From Nostoc sp. PCC 7120 = FACHB-418 (GTDB lineage: Bacteria > Cyanobacteriota > Cyanobacteriia > Cyanobacteriales > Nostocaceae), in contig NC_003272.1 in NCBI RefSeq assembly GCF_000009705.1, positions 4,920,001-4,952,000 of the forward strand: DNA of 32,000 nt, in the 5' to 3' direction. Numbering within the stretch: the stretch's first letter is position 1; the number at the start of each line of letters is the position of its first letter. This document shows positions 1-8,361 of the stretch, in pieces. A model generated the notes under the pieces. It was not told where the DNA came from, did not search any database, and saw nothing but the letters and a program-made list of their open reading frames with translations. The translations under genes were made by a program, and so were the position numbers.

Positions 1-239
1 TATTTTTTTGTCTCTCCCTATCCCCCCACAGCCACCCTTTTCAGGCACTCAAATAGATTTTTTTCGACAGCATTCAATAGCATTTCCACATTGAATGAGT
101 CGTGACGCACTAATAAACGTAAATCGATGTCGATATAGGGACTGATATTAAACGCCTTATGTGAGATGGGGTAGCAAAAAAGAAGGGGAAACCACAAGAT
201 AAAGGTAACGACACCAAAGCTTGAGGTCTCCCAATGAAT

Positions 240-1231
240 ATGGTGGACGGTTCGACCCTGTTGACGACAATTTTTGTGCTAATAGATGACTGGTATAAGC
301 TCAAGGGCTATCGTTATGTACCGTTATTACCAGGCCCGTTCGACCCTGTTGACGACAATTTTTGTGCTAATAGATGACTGGTATAAGCTCAAGGGCTATC
401 GTTATGTACCGTTATTACCAGGCCCGTCACCAAGATTCACGGATAGTGAAATGTTAACGTTATTAGTAGCAATGGATTTTTTCCCATACCCAGGAGAACA
501 ACAGTATTTAGGGTTTGTGCGAGCCAACTATTTGAGCCTCTTCCCAAAACTGTTAGACCTTTCGTCAGTTCAACCGAAGAGCCAGACGTTTGGAAGGAAT
601 GCTGGAAGAATTAAGACGTTTCTGGGTGGTGGAGTTGGGAGCCATCTTTGAGCGCACCCTACTGTTGGATACAAAACCAGTACCAGTAGTGGGTTATAAG
701 CGACATAAACTCAGAAGTGATTTTACAGGTAGTGCTGATTATGGGTGGTGTGCCAGCCGGAAAATGAACTACTTTGGTTACAAATTGGTACTCATCAGTA
801 CTCTCAACGGTATACCCTTAGTTTACTCCTTAGTACCTGCCAGTACTGATGAACGTCTTGCGGCTGAATCTGTTCTAGGCGGCGTTCGTGGCTGTCGCAT
901 CTTGGCTGACAAAGGATTTATTGGTGGTGAATGGCAGACCGATATTTTCAAAACCACAGGTAATCAAATATTTACCCCAAAACGAGCTAATCAACTTCAA
1001 CAACAGCCAAAAGCCTTTGAAGGTTTATTAAACAGCTTGCGCGAACGTGTTGAAGGTGTCTTTCACGAAGTACAAAATACCGGACGTAATTTGGAACGTC
1101 TACTGAGAAAGAAAGTTGATGCTCTCTGCGTTCATGTTGCCGCTAAAATCACCAGTCATACTCTACGCCTTTTTTTGCGTCAGCGTTTTGGTATTGATGT
1201 GCTTACCTTTGAACAGCATCCTCCGGCTTAA
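240..1231 (+). pseudogene. IS982-family DDE transposase, disrupted
   Basis: The ATG at 240 gives MVDGSTLLTTIFVLIDDWYKLKGYRYVPLLPGP, and the frame is then broken by the 88-bp duplication. A second break lies near 556-565: the frame reading LLDLSSVQ should continue as (R/S)QFNRRARRLEGMLEELRRFW in the frame of ORF 590-1231. DDE-like motifs are LLLDTKPVPV, ILADKGF and ERVEGVFHEVQN. The N-terminal pattern IFVLIDDWYK...RFTDSEMLTLL is typical of IS982. Confidence 0.75.
251..426. repeat. Perfect tandem duplication, 2 x 88 bp
   Basis: 251-338 and 339-426 are identical base for base (TTCGACCCTGTTGACGACAATTTTTGTGC...TTATTACCAGGCCCG). The register can slide by 1 nt. 88 is not a multiple of 3. Confidence 0.95.
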
Positions 1232-1312
1232 TTCACATAAGGCGTATTATTTAAGGTAATCTTTCTGTAACTGACCTGTACAGAAGCGACTATATCAAAA
1301 ATTTTGTCGTGG

Positions 1313-3271
1313 TTATGATGGTGACTGATTAAATACCCACTTTAACCATTGGCTAAAAGAACTGACTCCATTTAAACGGCGGACACCAGGCGCACGGGCT
1401 GCGGCAAGTCCGTCAAGAGCGACAAGAGCAGCATATTGTAAACCCAAAAAACTATCAACGGCTGCGTAAGGTCCACCAAGGGTAATTGCCCCGGCTGCAT
1501 ACATTTGCCCTTTACCATGCCGCATTTCTGGGATTTCAAAATTATTGGCGACTGTTAAGCGCCCCAGGTAGTTTAAGGGTAAGTTGTATTGGTTTACTAG
1601 GTCTTCTAACAAAGGATTAGCTTGCACTTTGGCATCCAAACCAGTAGCGTCAACAATAAAATCAGCTGTCAGTTTCATTTCCCCAAAACCTTTTTCTTGG
1701 ATTTTGGTAATGGTACGGTTTTGTGAATCTCTTTCCACTCCCAACACTTCGCCAAAGGTAATTTGATACCAACCTTCTCTTAACCCCTGTTCTGTAATGC
1801 GTTGCCAGTCTTGTCGGTCGGCGGTAGTTGTACCACCCCAGTCTGTTAGTAAGCGTTTGCGTTCTTCTGGAGTGGCTTGTTCTAACATGACCCGCAGTTC
1901 GCCACTCCAGCAGGCTTTTGGCCAGTTGAAAGGTTGAAATTCGTAATGGTTTTTGACGAGACGTGTGGCTTTTTGAAATGTGTTGCCTTGGGGTTTAGGC
2001 GATCGCATCAAGTGCAAAACTGTAATGTGAGGATTTTTCTGTCTTGCTTCATAGATGCGTTGGACGATACGTGAAGCGACAATTCCGCGACCCCGAATCA
2101 GGACTGTACCACCTTGGTGTTCTAATTGCTCATATACATGGTCGTGTGCTTCATAGGCATTGACGACCGATTTAAAATCTCGGTACTTCTCTCTATAAGC
2201 TTGTAAATCGGGGAGAAACTGAATTGCTGGATACCCTGTAGCTAAATGTAAATAACGACTAACCAAAAAAGCATGATTGCCTTGCCCACGAGAATAGGCT
2301 ACACAATATCTACCGTCATCAGTTTTGCGAATTGATCTGACTCGCCCATAGCGATAAATTTGATTCCAGTTAATCCGCTTGGCTTCTCTATCAATGGAAT
2401 CAAAAACATTGCTTGCACGGGGAGTATAAGTTTCGGCAAAGGTTGGTTCAGCGAATACTTGCCATAGATACTGTAATGCTGATCTTAACTGACCTTTAGT
2501 GCAGTCCCGCCAGGCTTCTCTCCAAGCATAACTAGGCCAACCCCAAATATTATCAGGGCAAGAATCAGAATTTGACCGCAATCTTTCGTGTAAAGGTATT
2601 TGGGAATTAAGGCAAAGGCGTTTATACCGCGCGTAAGGTTCTGCTTCTAACCCTAGCGCTACAATTTTCTCCGCACGAACACCACTAATTCGCAATAAAT
2701 CAGTCCAAATAAAGCTGCCTAATCCTCCACCAACTGCTAGATAATCACATTCATCAACGGGGAGGCCTGTAGCGTGGAGTGCTTGTATGGGAACCTGTTC
2801 TGCTTGAAATAATGGTGGTGGAAAATTGTTTCCTAAAGGTGTGATAGGAGGGGTTGCTGGTAAGTTCGGATCAGGAAGATTGGTATTGGGATTAAATTGA
2901 ATTAATGAAGGAGGATTGGTGAGCGGTGTAGTGACGGGAACTGTGAGTTTCACCATCATTATGTAAGGGCCAATTTGTAATGTATCACCGTTAGTCAGAA
3001 CACTACGTTTTTGTTGCTGACCGTTGATGAATATACCATTAACACTATCTTGATCAATTACTACTAGTTGGTTGTTTTCCCAGACAATGAGAGCGTGGTA
3101 GCGAGAAACTTGATCACTGTTTAGCAACATTCTGGAAACGCGCTTTCCATCCAGTTCGGCAGGTAAACGCACAAATTCTCGACCAAAAGCAATAGGCACA
3201 TCCAACTTTGGTTCTCGCCGTTCTCCAGTTGTTGGGTCTTCCCAAATCAATTGAATTTGTAGGTTAGTCAT
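1313..3271 (-). CDS. FHA-domain protein fused to an FAD/NAD(P)-binding oxidoreductase-like domain (two dinucleotide-binding motifs)
   Basis: 652-aa ORF. N-terminal FHA signature: FGRE...SRYHALIVWENNQLVVIDQDSVNGIFINGQ. A Pro-rich linker follows, then DYLAVGGGLGSF (GxGxxG-like), VLIRGRGIVASRIV (second Rossmann motif) and DFIVDATGLDA (ATG motif). Confidence 0.85.
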   Translation of the reverse strand: MTNLQIQLIWEDPTTGERREPKLDVPIAFGREFVRLPAELDGKRVSRMLLNSDQVSRYHALIVWENNQLVVIDQDSVNGIFINGQQQKRSVLTNGDTLQIGPYIMMVKLTVPVTTPLTNPPSLIQFNPNTNLPDPNLPATPPITPLGNNFPPPLFQAEQVPIQALHATGLPVDECDYLAVGGGLGSFIWTDLLRISGVRAEKIVALGLEAEPYARYKRLCLNSQIPLHERLRSNSDSCPDNIWGWPSYAWREAWRDCTKGQLRSALQYLWQVFAEPTFAETYTPRASNVFDSIDREAKRINWNQIYRYGRVRSIRKTDDGRYCVAYSRGQGNHAFLVSRYLHLATGYPAIQFLPDLQAYREKYRDFKSVVNAYEAHDHVYEQLEHQGGTVLIRGRGIVASRIVQRIYEARQKNPHITVLHLMRSPKPQGNTFQKATRLVKNHYEFQPFNWPKACWSGELRVMLEQATPEERKRLLTDWGGTTTADRQDWQRITEQGLREGWYQITFGEVLGVERDSQNRTITKIQEKGFGEMKLTADFIVDATGLDAKVQANPLLEDLVNQYNLPLNYLGRLTVANNFEIPEMRHGKGQMYAAGAITLGGPYAAVDSFLGLQYAALVALDGLAAARAPGVRRLNGVSSFSQWLKWVFNQSPS

Positions 3272-3323
3272 TGGTCAGTTGTCAGTAGTTTTTTATCCCT
3301 GATATCTCCCATTGTCGATCTCG

Positions 3324-3905
3324 TCAATTCGGTGCTACTAATACGCTCACTGCTGCGGCTAAAGATGTACCGCACCAAGGACAGCCGACTTGCAGATTTT
3401 CTAGTGAAGATACGCGATGGCATTTTGGACACTCTAAACCGTACACTCCTTGTGGTGTAGCTTGATGATGATGTATCGGCGATGGTGATGGCTGTTGACG
3501 TAGAGGGGGTGTAACTACCTGAGGACTGGCAATGGGTGGTTGCGGTAGGGATAAAACAGTGGCAGCGATGGTGTTAATAGTAATAGTTGTGATGTGAAGT
3601 TGAGCTTGACCTAAGTAGATGATACTACCTTGATTTAAAGGTTTTTCACCTTGAATTAGTTGTTGTCCATCTACAAGTGGGGGATTTTGCGATCGCAAAT
3701 TTCTGATATAAAAATTTTGCTGCTGAGAATGAAAAAATATTTCTACGTGCAGACCCGATACCGTTGGGTTAGTTAAAACAATATCGCACCGGAGAGGATC
3801 TCGACCAATGCGGACAGTGCCAGGATTTTTACTTGGCTGTTGTTCGTAAATTTGCTGAGTTTTATTTTGTCCACCATCTTGCCACTGTAGAGTTAGTGCG
3901 TTCAT
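3324..3905 (-). CDS. FHA-domain protein with C-terminal zinc-ribbon
   Basis: 193-aa ORF. FHA signature: VRIGRDPLRCDIVL...SGLHVEIFF...YIRNL...NPPLVDGQ. A Pro/Gln-rich linker follows, then CPKCH-x13-CPWCG. It lies 52 bp upstream of, and co-oriented with, the 1313-3271 gene. Confidence 0.85.
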   Translation of the reverse strand: MNALTLQWQDGGQNKTQQIYEQQPSKNPGTVRIGRDPLRCDIVLTNPTVSGLHVEIFFHSQQQNFYIRNLRSQNPPLVDGQQLIQGEKPLNQGSIIYLGQAQLHITTITINTIAATVLSLPQPPIASPQVVTPPLRQQPSPSPIHHHQATPQGVYGLECPKCHRVSSLENLQVGCPWCGTSLAAAVSVLVAPN

Positions 3906-4033
3906 TTTTCTAACTTGGGTAACTCTTGTTTAGCTACTTCAACTTCCTTCTGTGCGATTCCTAACATGAGTGAGCAGTTGCAAGCAAGTTTTGAGAACAA
4001 ACTTCAACAAATTTATATTGTGGCTTGATGACT

Positions 4034-4699
4034 TTATCGATTGGATGCTAGTTTATCGGCTACGCGAGTAGTTTCTGGTAGGCGATATTTTGGTGTACAT
4101 CGCAATACGTAGTCAATAGCGGTTGGTAAACTGATTTTATGTCCACTAGAAACATATACAGGCTTTACTCCTACGCGAGTTCGTAGAACTGCACCAATAA
4201 TTTCACCTCTGTGTATAAGTGGTTGCCAACTGCCTTTGGTGTCTGCTAATTCCTCATGTTTACCAATTAATAGAGATTTAGCTACACCAATTGTGGGAAT
4301 ATTGAGCAGTACTCCTAAGTGACTAGCTATACCTAATCTTCGAGGATGGGCGATTCCTTGACCATCACACAAAATAATATCTGGTTTTGTTTGAACTTTT
4401 GCTAGGGCATCAAGTACTGCTGGTATTTCTCGGAAAGAAAGAAAACCAGGAATGTAGGGAAATGACGTAGGACGATATGCTAGGTTCGTTTCGATGACTT
4501 GTAAATCAGGAAAACTCAGTACTGCTACTGCTGCACGGCTAATTGTGCCATCGGCTTCAAAACCCATATCAACACCAGCGACGTACTGCACAGGTTGTGT
4601 AAATTGGTCTTCTGTAATTACTTGATGTCTTAATTCTTCTTGGATAGTTATGGCTTCTTCCACCGTTAATGGCCAAGGATGAGGTTGGTAAATCTGCAT
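4034..4699 (-). CDS. nfi: Endonuclease V (deoxyinosine 3' endonuclease)
   Basis: 221-aa ORF of typical Nfi length. It carries the conserved blocks VAGVDMGF, FLSFREIPA and LCDGQGIAHPRRLGIASHLGV. Confidence 0.9.
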   Translation of the reverse strand: MQIYQPHPWPLTVEEAITIQEELRHQVITEDQFTQPVQYVAGVDMGFEADGTISRAAVAVLSFPDLQVIETNLAYRPTSFPYIPGFLSFREIPAVLDALAKVQTKPDIILCDGQGIAHPRRLGIASHLGVLLNIPTIGVAKSLLIGKHEELADTKGSWQPLIHRGEIIGAVLRTRVGVKPVYVSSGHKISLPTAIDYVLRCTPKYRLPETTRVADKLASNR

Positions 4700-4858
4700 A
4701 ATTAAAAATTGGTTATAAATAATAATTTTAGCAATTTCAATAAATGTACGTAGAGATTTAAGACATTTGTGAAATTTTTAACTATTGTTGGTTGCGTTAG
4801 TAAATAGGGAATCTTAAGAATAAATAAATTATTGCTTAATTTTCGGCTGTACTTGCTT

Positions 4859-5350
4859 ATGTCACAGGAAAAACTTGTAAAACTGGCTAAACGAGGCAAC
4901 ACTCAGGCGATCGCATTTTTGATGAATCGTCACTTAAAGCCCAAAGGCATCACAGCAAAAGTTCTCCTGAAAGATGCTTGCTTGCAGGTAATGCTAGAAT
5001 CTGCCAAAGTTCCCAATCAACAATCCTTAGTTGCATTTGTACATAAAGGGATTACCAGTTTAGGTACTGGGTCTATTGAGAGAGTAAAAGTGTATGGACG
5101 ACAAACTGGTGAAGAACTGCCGGCTTGGACTGAAGAATTTGAAATAGGGACAATAGAACCAGTAGATGAGCCTCATATTGTCACTGTTTCTATTACTTTG
5201 AACGGTGATACAGAATGTGGATTAACGAGTCAAAATTTTGAAAGTATCGCTAATCAAATGACAAAGGATATTTTGTCATCTTGTAAAGATTATCTAGTTC
5301 AAAAAGTAAGTATCAGTAATGGCGTATCTGTAATTACACAAGAACGTTAG
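4859..5350 (+). CDS. Hypothetical protein with a cyanobacteria-typical N-terminal module
   Basis: I prefer the in-frame ATG at 4859 (MSQEKLVKLAKRGNTQAIAFLMNRHLKPKGITAKV...) over the TTG at 4832 used by the track. I recognise the motif AIA.LMNR.L.PKGITAKV...CLQVMLES from many cyanobacterial proteins, but its function is unknown. Confidence 0.65.
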   Translation: MSQEKLVKLAKRGNTQAIAFLMNRHLKPKGITAKVLLKDACLQVMLESAKVPNQQSLVAFVHKGITSLGTGSIERVKVYGRQTGEELPAWTEEFEIGTIEPVDEPHIVTVSITLNGDTECGLTSQNFESIANQMTKDILSSCKDYLVQKVSISNGVSVITQER

Positions 5351-5427
5351 TGTGCAAATATCTAACTCCTTTAATCCAACGTATTTTTTACATAGTATTT
5401 AAGTCACTTAGCGCTAAATTTTTATCT

Positions 5428-5455
5428 ATTAATCGCGTCACTAGACGCGATTAAT
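5428..5455. terminator. Perfect hairpin between convergent genes (candidate bidirectional terminator)
   Basis: 12-bp stem ATTAATCGCGTC (5428-5439), loop ACTA, GACGCGATTAAT (5444-5455). It lies between the stop of the 4859-5350 gene and the stop of the HIT gene. AT-rich flanks, but no clean U-tract. Confidence 0.55.
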
Positions 5456-5464
5456 GACTTTATA

Positions 5465-5833
5465 TCAACCAGGCGGCCATGCCATTGGTCGCCCACCTAA
5501 AATATGTAAATGCAGGTGGTAAACTGTTTGCCCTCCATCATTGCCATTATTGATGACAACGCGATAGCCATTTTCCAGTCCTGCTTCTTGGGCAACACGT
5601 TTGGCAGTTAACAAAAGATGTCCCAAAAGAGCGTGATCATGAGAATCTGCATCAGAAAGTTTGGCAAGAGGTTGTTTAGGAATGACCAGAATATGTACTG
5701 GTGCTTGGGGATGCACATCTTTAAAGGCTAGAGCTAAATCGTCTTCATAGACGATGTTAGCGGGAATTTCTCGACGAATAATTTTGCTGAAAATGGTCTC
5801 TGTGGTTTCACTCATGCGGTTATCAGAACTCAT
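5465..5833 (-). CDS. HIT-family (histidine triad) nucleotide hydrolase
   Basis: 122-aa ORF with the histidine triad HLHLHILGG near the C-terminus and [12 protein letters not shown] at the N-terminus. Confidence 0.9.
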   Translation of the reverse strand: MSSDNRMSETTETIFSKIIRREIPANIVYEDDLALAFKDVHPQAPVHILVIPKQPLAKLSDADSHDHALLGHLLLTAKRVAQEAGLENGYRVVINNGNDGGQTVYHLHLHILGGRPMAWPPG

Positions 5834-5882
5834 CTGCTAGAGATTCTAAAGGGTTACTGTCCATCTAAGAAATATTTAGCCA

Positions 5883-7412
5883 ATGCTTGCTAGAGTCTGG
5901 AGTGCATCAATTGTCGGCATCGATGCCGTGAAAGTGGGCGTAGAAGTCGATATATCGGGGGGTTTGCCGGGAATCGTAGTTTTGGGGCTACCAGATTCAG
6001 CCGTTCAGGAATCAAAAGAAAGAGTCAAAGCTACTCTCAAAAATGCGGGTTTTGCCTTCCCAATGCGGAAAATAGTGATTAACTTGACTCCAGCAGACTT
6101 ACGCAAGGAAGGCCCCTGTTTCGATTTGCCTATTAGTATAGGGATTTTAGCTGCTTCTGAACAGGTTAAGTCTGACTTGTTAGGAGATTATCTTTTTTTG
6201 GGTGAAGTTTCTCTCGATGGCAGCTTACGTCCTGTGGCTGGGGTTTTACCGATCGCTGCTACTGCCAAAAAAATGGGGATTGCAGGGTTAGTTGTACCTG
6301 TAGATAATGCTCAAGAAGCTTCAGTGGTGGAGGGTTTGGAGGTGCATGGCTGCAAGAATGTGTCTGAGGTTGTGGATTTATTAAATAACCCTGGCAAGCA
6401 TCAGCCTGTAAAGTTAGATGAATCACAAGAACTCACACCAATATCTTATGCGATCGCCGACTTAAAGGACGTAAAAGGACAAGCGCATGGTCGTCGTGCT
6501 TTAGAAATTGCGGCGGCTGGCGGACATAATTTGATTTTTGTCGGCCCTCCTGGTAGTGGGAAAACCATGCTAGCAAGGCGCTTACCTGGAATTTTACCAC
6601 CTCTGAGTTTTGCCGAAGCCTTGGAAGTGACTCGCATTCACTCTGTGGCTGGGTTGTTGAAAAATCGTGGTTCCTTAGTCCGCGATCGCCCTTTCCGTAG
6701 TCCTCACCATTCAGCCTCCGGGCCTTCTCTTGTCGGTGGTGGTGGTTTTCCTCGTCCTGGTGAAATCTCTCTATCACACAGAGGGATTCTTTTCCTAGAC
6801 GAGTTAACAGAGTTTAAACGTGATGTTTTAGAATTTCTCCGCCAGCCTTTAGAAGATGGTTATGTCACCATTTCTCGTACTAGACAATCTGTAATGTTCC
6901 CCGCACAGTTTACTTTGGTGGCCAGTACCAATCCCTGTCCTTGTGGTTATTACGGTGATACTATTCAACAGTGTACCTGTTCACCAAGACAACGAGAGCA
7001 GTATTGGGCAAAGCTTTCTGGCCCATTAATGGATCGAATTGATTTGCAAGTAGCTGTCAATCGCTTGAAACCAGAAGAAATCACCCAACAGCCTACAGGA
7101 GAAGAATCCGTTTCTGTGCGGGAAAGAGTACAAAAAGCGCGAGATCGCGCCATTAACCGCTTTAAAGACGAGCCTAATCTGCGTTGTAATGCCCAAATGC
7201 AGAGTCGTCACTTGCAAACATGGTGCAAACTAGATGATGGTAGTCGCAGCTTATTAGAAGCGGCAATTAAGAAATTGGGTTTATCTGCTAGAGCAAGCGA
7301 TCGCATTCTGAAAGTAGCCCGGACTATTGCAGATTTGGCTGGTGAAGACGAGCTAAAACCTAATCATGTAGCAGAAGCAATTCAGTATCGGACTATAGAC
7401 AGAATGCAGTGA
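5883..7412 (+). CDS. comM: YifB/ComM-family Mg-chelatase-like AAA+ ATPase
   Basis: 509-aa ORF. The N-terminal Lon-protease-like region reads SASIVGIDAVKVGVEVD. Walker A is GPPGSGKTMLA, and the block ILFLDELTEF is also present. Length is typical of the family. Confidence 0.9.
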   Translation: MLARVWSASIVGIDAVKVGVEVDISGGLPGIVVLGLPDSAVQESKERVKATLKNAGFAFPMRKIVINLTPADLRKEGPCFDLPISIGILAASEQVKSDLLGDYLFLGEVSLDGSLRPVAGVLPIAATAKKMGIAGLVVPVDNAQEASVVEGLEVHGCKNVSEVVDLLNNPGKHQPVKLDESQELTPISYAIADLKDVKGQAHGRRALEIAAAGGHNLIFVGPPGSGKTMLARRLPGILPPLSFAEALEVTRIHSVAGLLKNRGSLVRDRPFRSPHHSASGPSLVGGGGFPRPGEISLSHRGILFLDELTEFKRDVLEFLRQPLEDGYVTISRTRQSVMFPAQFTLVASTNPCPCGYYGDTIQQCTCSPRQREQYWAKLSGPLMDRIDLQVAVNRLKPEEITQQPTGEESVSVRERVQKARDRAINRFKDEPNLRCNAQMQSRHLQTWCKLDDGSRSLLEAAIKKLGLSARASDRILKVARTIADLAGEDELKPNHVAEAIQYRTIDRMQ

Positions 7413-7443
7413 TAGCTAAGTGATTACTGAATTATCAGGGAAG

Positions 7444-8220
7444 TCAAAAGAACAATTTATATCTTGTTAACTGGCTTTCAATGGCTCCTGTGAGAATTTT
7501 ATTGAGTTCTTTGCTGTCTCGAAATGGCAAGATTTGTTGTGTGGGTAGGTCAAAAGGAAATTTTCCTTCTCCTTGATAATCTGGACGTTGCAGATGTGCT
7601 AACAAGATTTGTTCTGTGCGCTTGCTTTGAATAGCATAGCCAATTTCTACACAAACATTAGGACTAGGAATGAATTGTTGTGCTTCTTTACTATCAATGC
7701 TAGCGATGGGTGTAGTGTCTGCAATAAACAACAAACTTTTACGTAATTTTCTCAGAATGGTGCGATTTAAACGTAACGGCGCGTCTTTGGGGCGAGATGA
7801 TTCTACTAATGTCAGTGGGATACGCGATCGCAAGTTTAATGTTTCTACACTCTTTCCCAGTCCTTCCCTGAGAAGATCACTAGCGTCGGCGTATTCAGTC
7901 TGATAGGAAAAGAAAATCGTTGGTTCTAACTGAGCTAAAACTGTCTGCTTGATAAAATAAATTTCATGGCTAATTAAGTCAATATTAGCTACACAGTAGC
8001 TACCGCTACCTTCAACATAAAATTCTACATTTTCCCCCTCCAGATACCGCCCAAACCAAATTGAATGTTTAACTGCATCACTATCTTCTAAAAAGTCTGC
8101 GCGCAATGCCGATCTCAGCAAGCTTTTTTTACTAAGACGAATATCTGGTGGCCGTTTTTCTATTTCAGAAATTGGCTCATAATCCTGAAGATACCATGCT
8201 CTGAGCGCAATAATTGACAT
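7444..8220 (-). CDS. Hypothetical protein; C-terminal half resembles a TIR-like / nucleoside 2-deoxyribosyltransferase-like fold
   Basis: 258-aa ORF. The pattern PTIFFSYQTEY ... LLFIADTTP ... SPNVCVEIGYAIQ fits a strand-1 FxSY block plus a conserved Glu block as in bacterial TIR-like domains. I do not recognise the N-terminal ~95 aa. The domain call is by eye only. Confidence 0.6.
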   Translation of the reverse strand: MSIIALRAWYLQDYEPISEIEKRPPDIRLSKKSLLRSALRADFLEDSDAVKHSIWFGRYLEGENVEFYVEGSGSYCVANIDLISHEIYFIKQTVLAQLEPTIFFSYQTEYADASDLLREGLGKSVETLNLRSRIPLTLVESSRPKDAPLRLNRTILRKLRKSLLFIADTTPIASIDSKEAQQFIPSPNVCVEIGYAIQSKRTEQILLAHLQRPDYQGEGKFPFDLPTQQILPFRDSKELNKILTGAIESQLTRYKLFF

Positions 8221-8361
8221 AAGGCGCTATGTTTAGTTTTCTAAAGGGTTTGTTGTATTGCGTATAAGTTTACACGGGGTTTTGAATATTTCTCTAATAT
8301 TTACTAAGTGTTTACAAACACTGTTCATCGTCTAAGCAAAATCAGCAGGAGACAGCGAAAA

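Larger units (their letters stand above)
147..1251 (+). mobile_element. Decayed IS982-family insertion sequence (about 1.1 kb including an internal 88-bp duplication)
   Basis: Perfect 13-bp inverted-repeat core ACGCCTTATGTGA at 152-164, with its reverse complement at 1234-1246. The match continues imperfectly for a few nt outward, so the ends are approximate. The repeats enclose one DDE transposase frame. No HIP1 site inside. Confidence 0.7.

Noticed and set aside
110-304. 64-aa minus-strand ORF
   Set aside because: It overlaps the IS left end and the transposase N-terminus on the opposite strand. No RBS and no recognisable family.
286-1231. The two overlapping transposase ORFs as a programmed ribosomal frameshift
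   Set aside because: IS982-type transposases are single-ORF. There is no slippery heptamer at the 556-565 junction. The upstream break is explained by the 88-bp duplication. Decay is the simpler reading.
1313-4699. nfi plus the two FHA genes as one DNA-repair or signalling operon
   Set aside because: The genes share a strand, but there is a 128-bp gap after nfi and no functional link I can support. I treat only the two FHA genes as a probable unit.
6433-7217. Four 62-114-aa minus-strand ORFs inside comM (and similar antisense ORFs at 16614-17432, 13756-14028, 23425-23721 and 8479-8811)
   Set aside because: They lie antisense within well-supported longer genes. They are short, have no motifs, and are the expected by-products of codon bias.
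8307-8322. The palindrome AGTGTTTACAAACACT as an NtcA or CRP-type site
   Set aside because: It reads GTG-N8-CAC, not the NtcA consensus GTA-N8-TAC or the CRP consensus TGTGA-N6-TCACA, and no uniquely placed -10 box can be picked in the AT-rich downstream DNA. The palindrome is real, but I do not assign a regulator.
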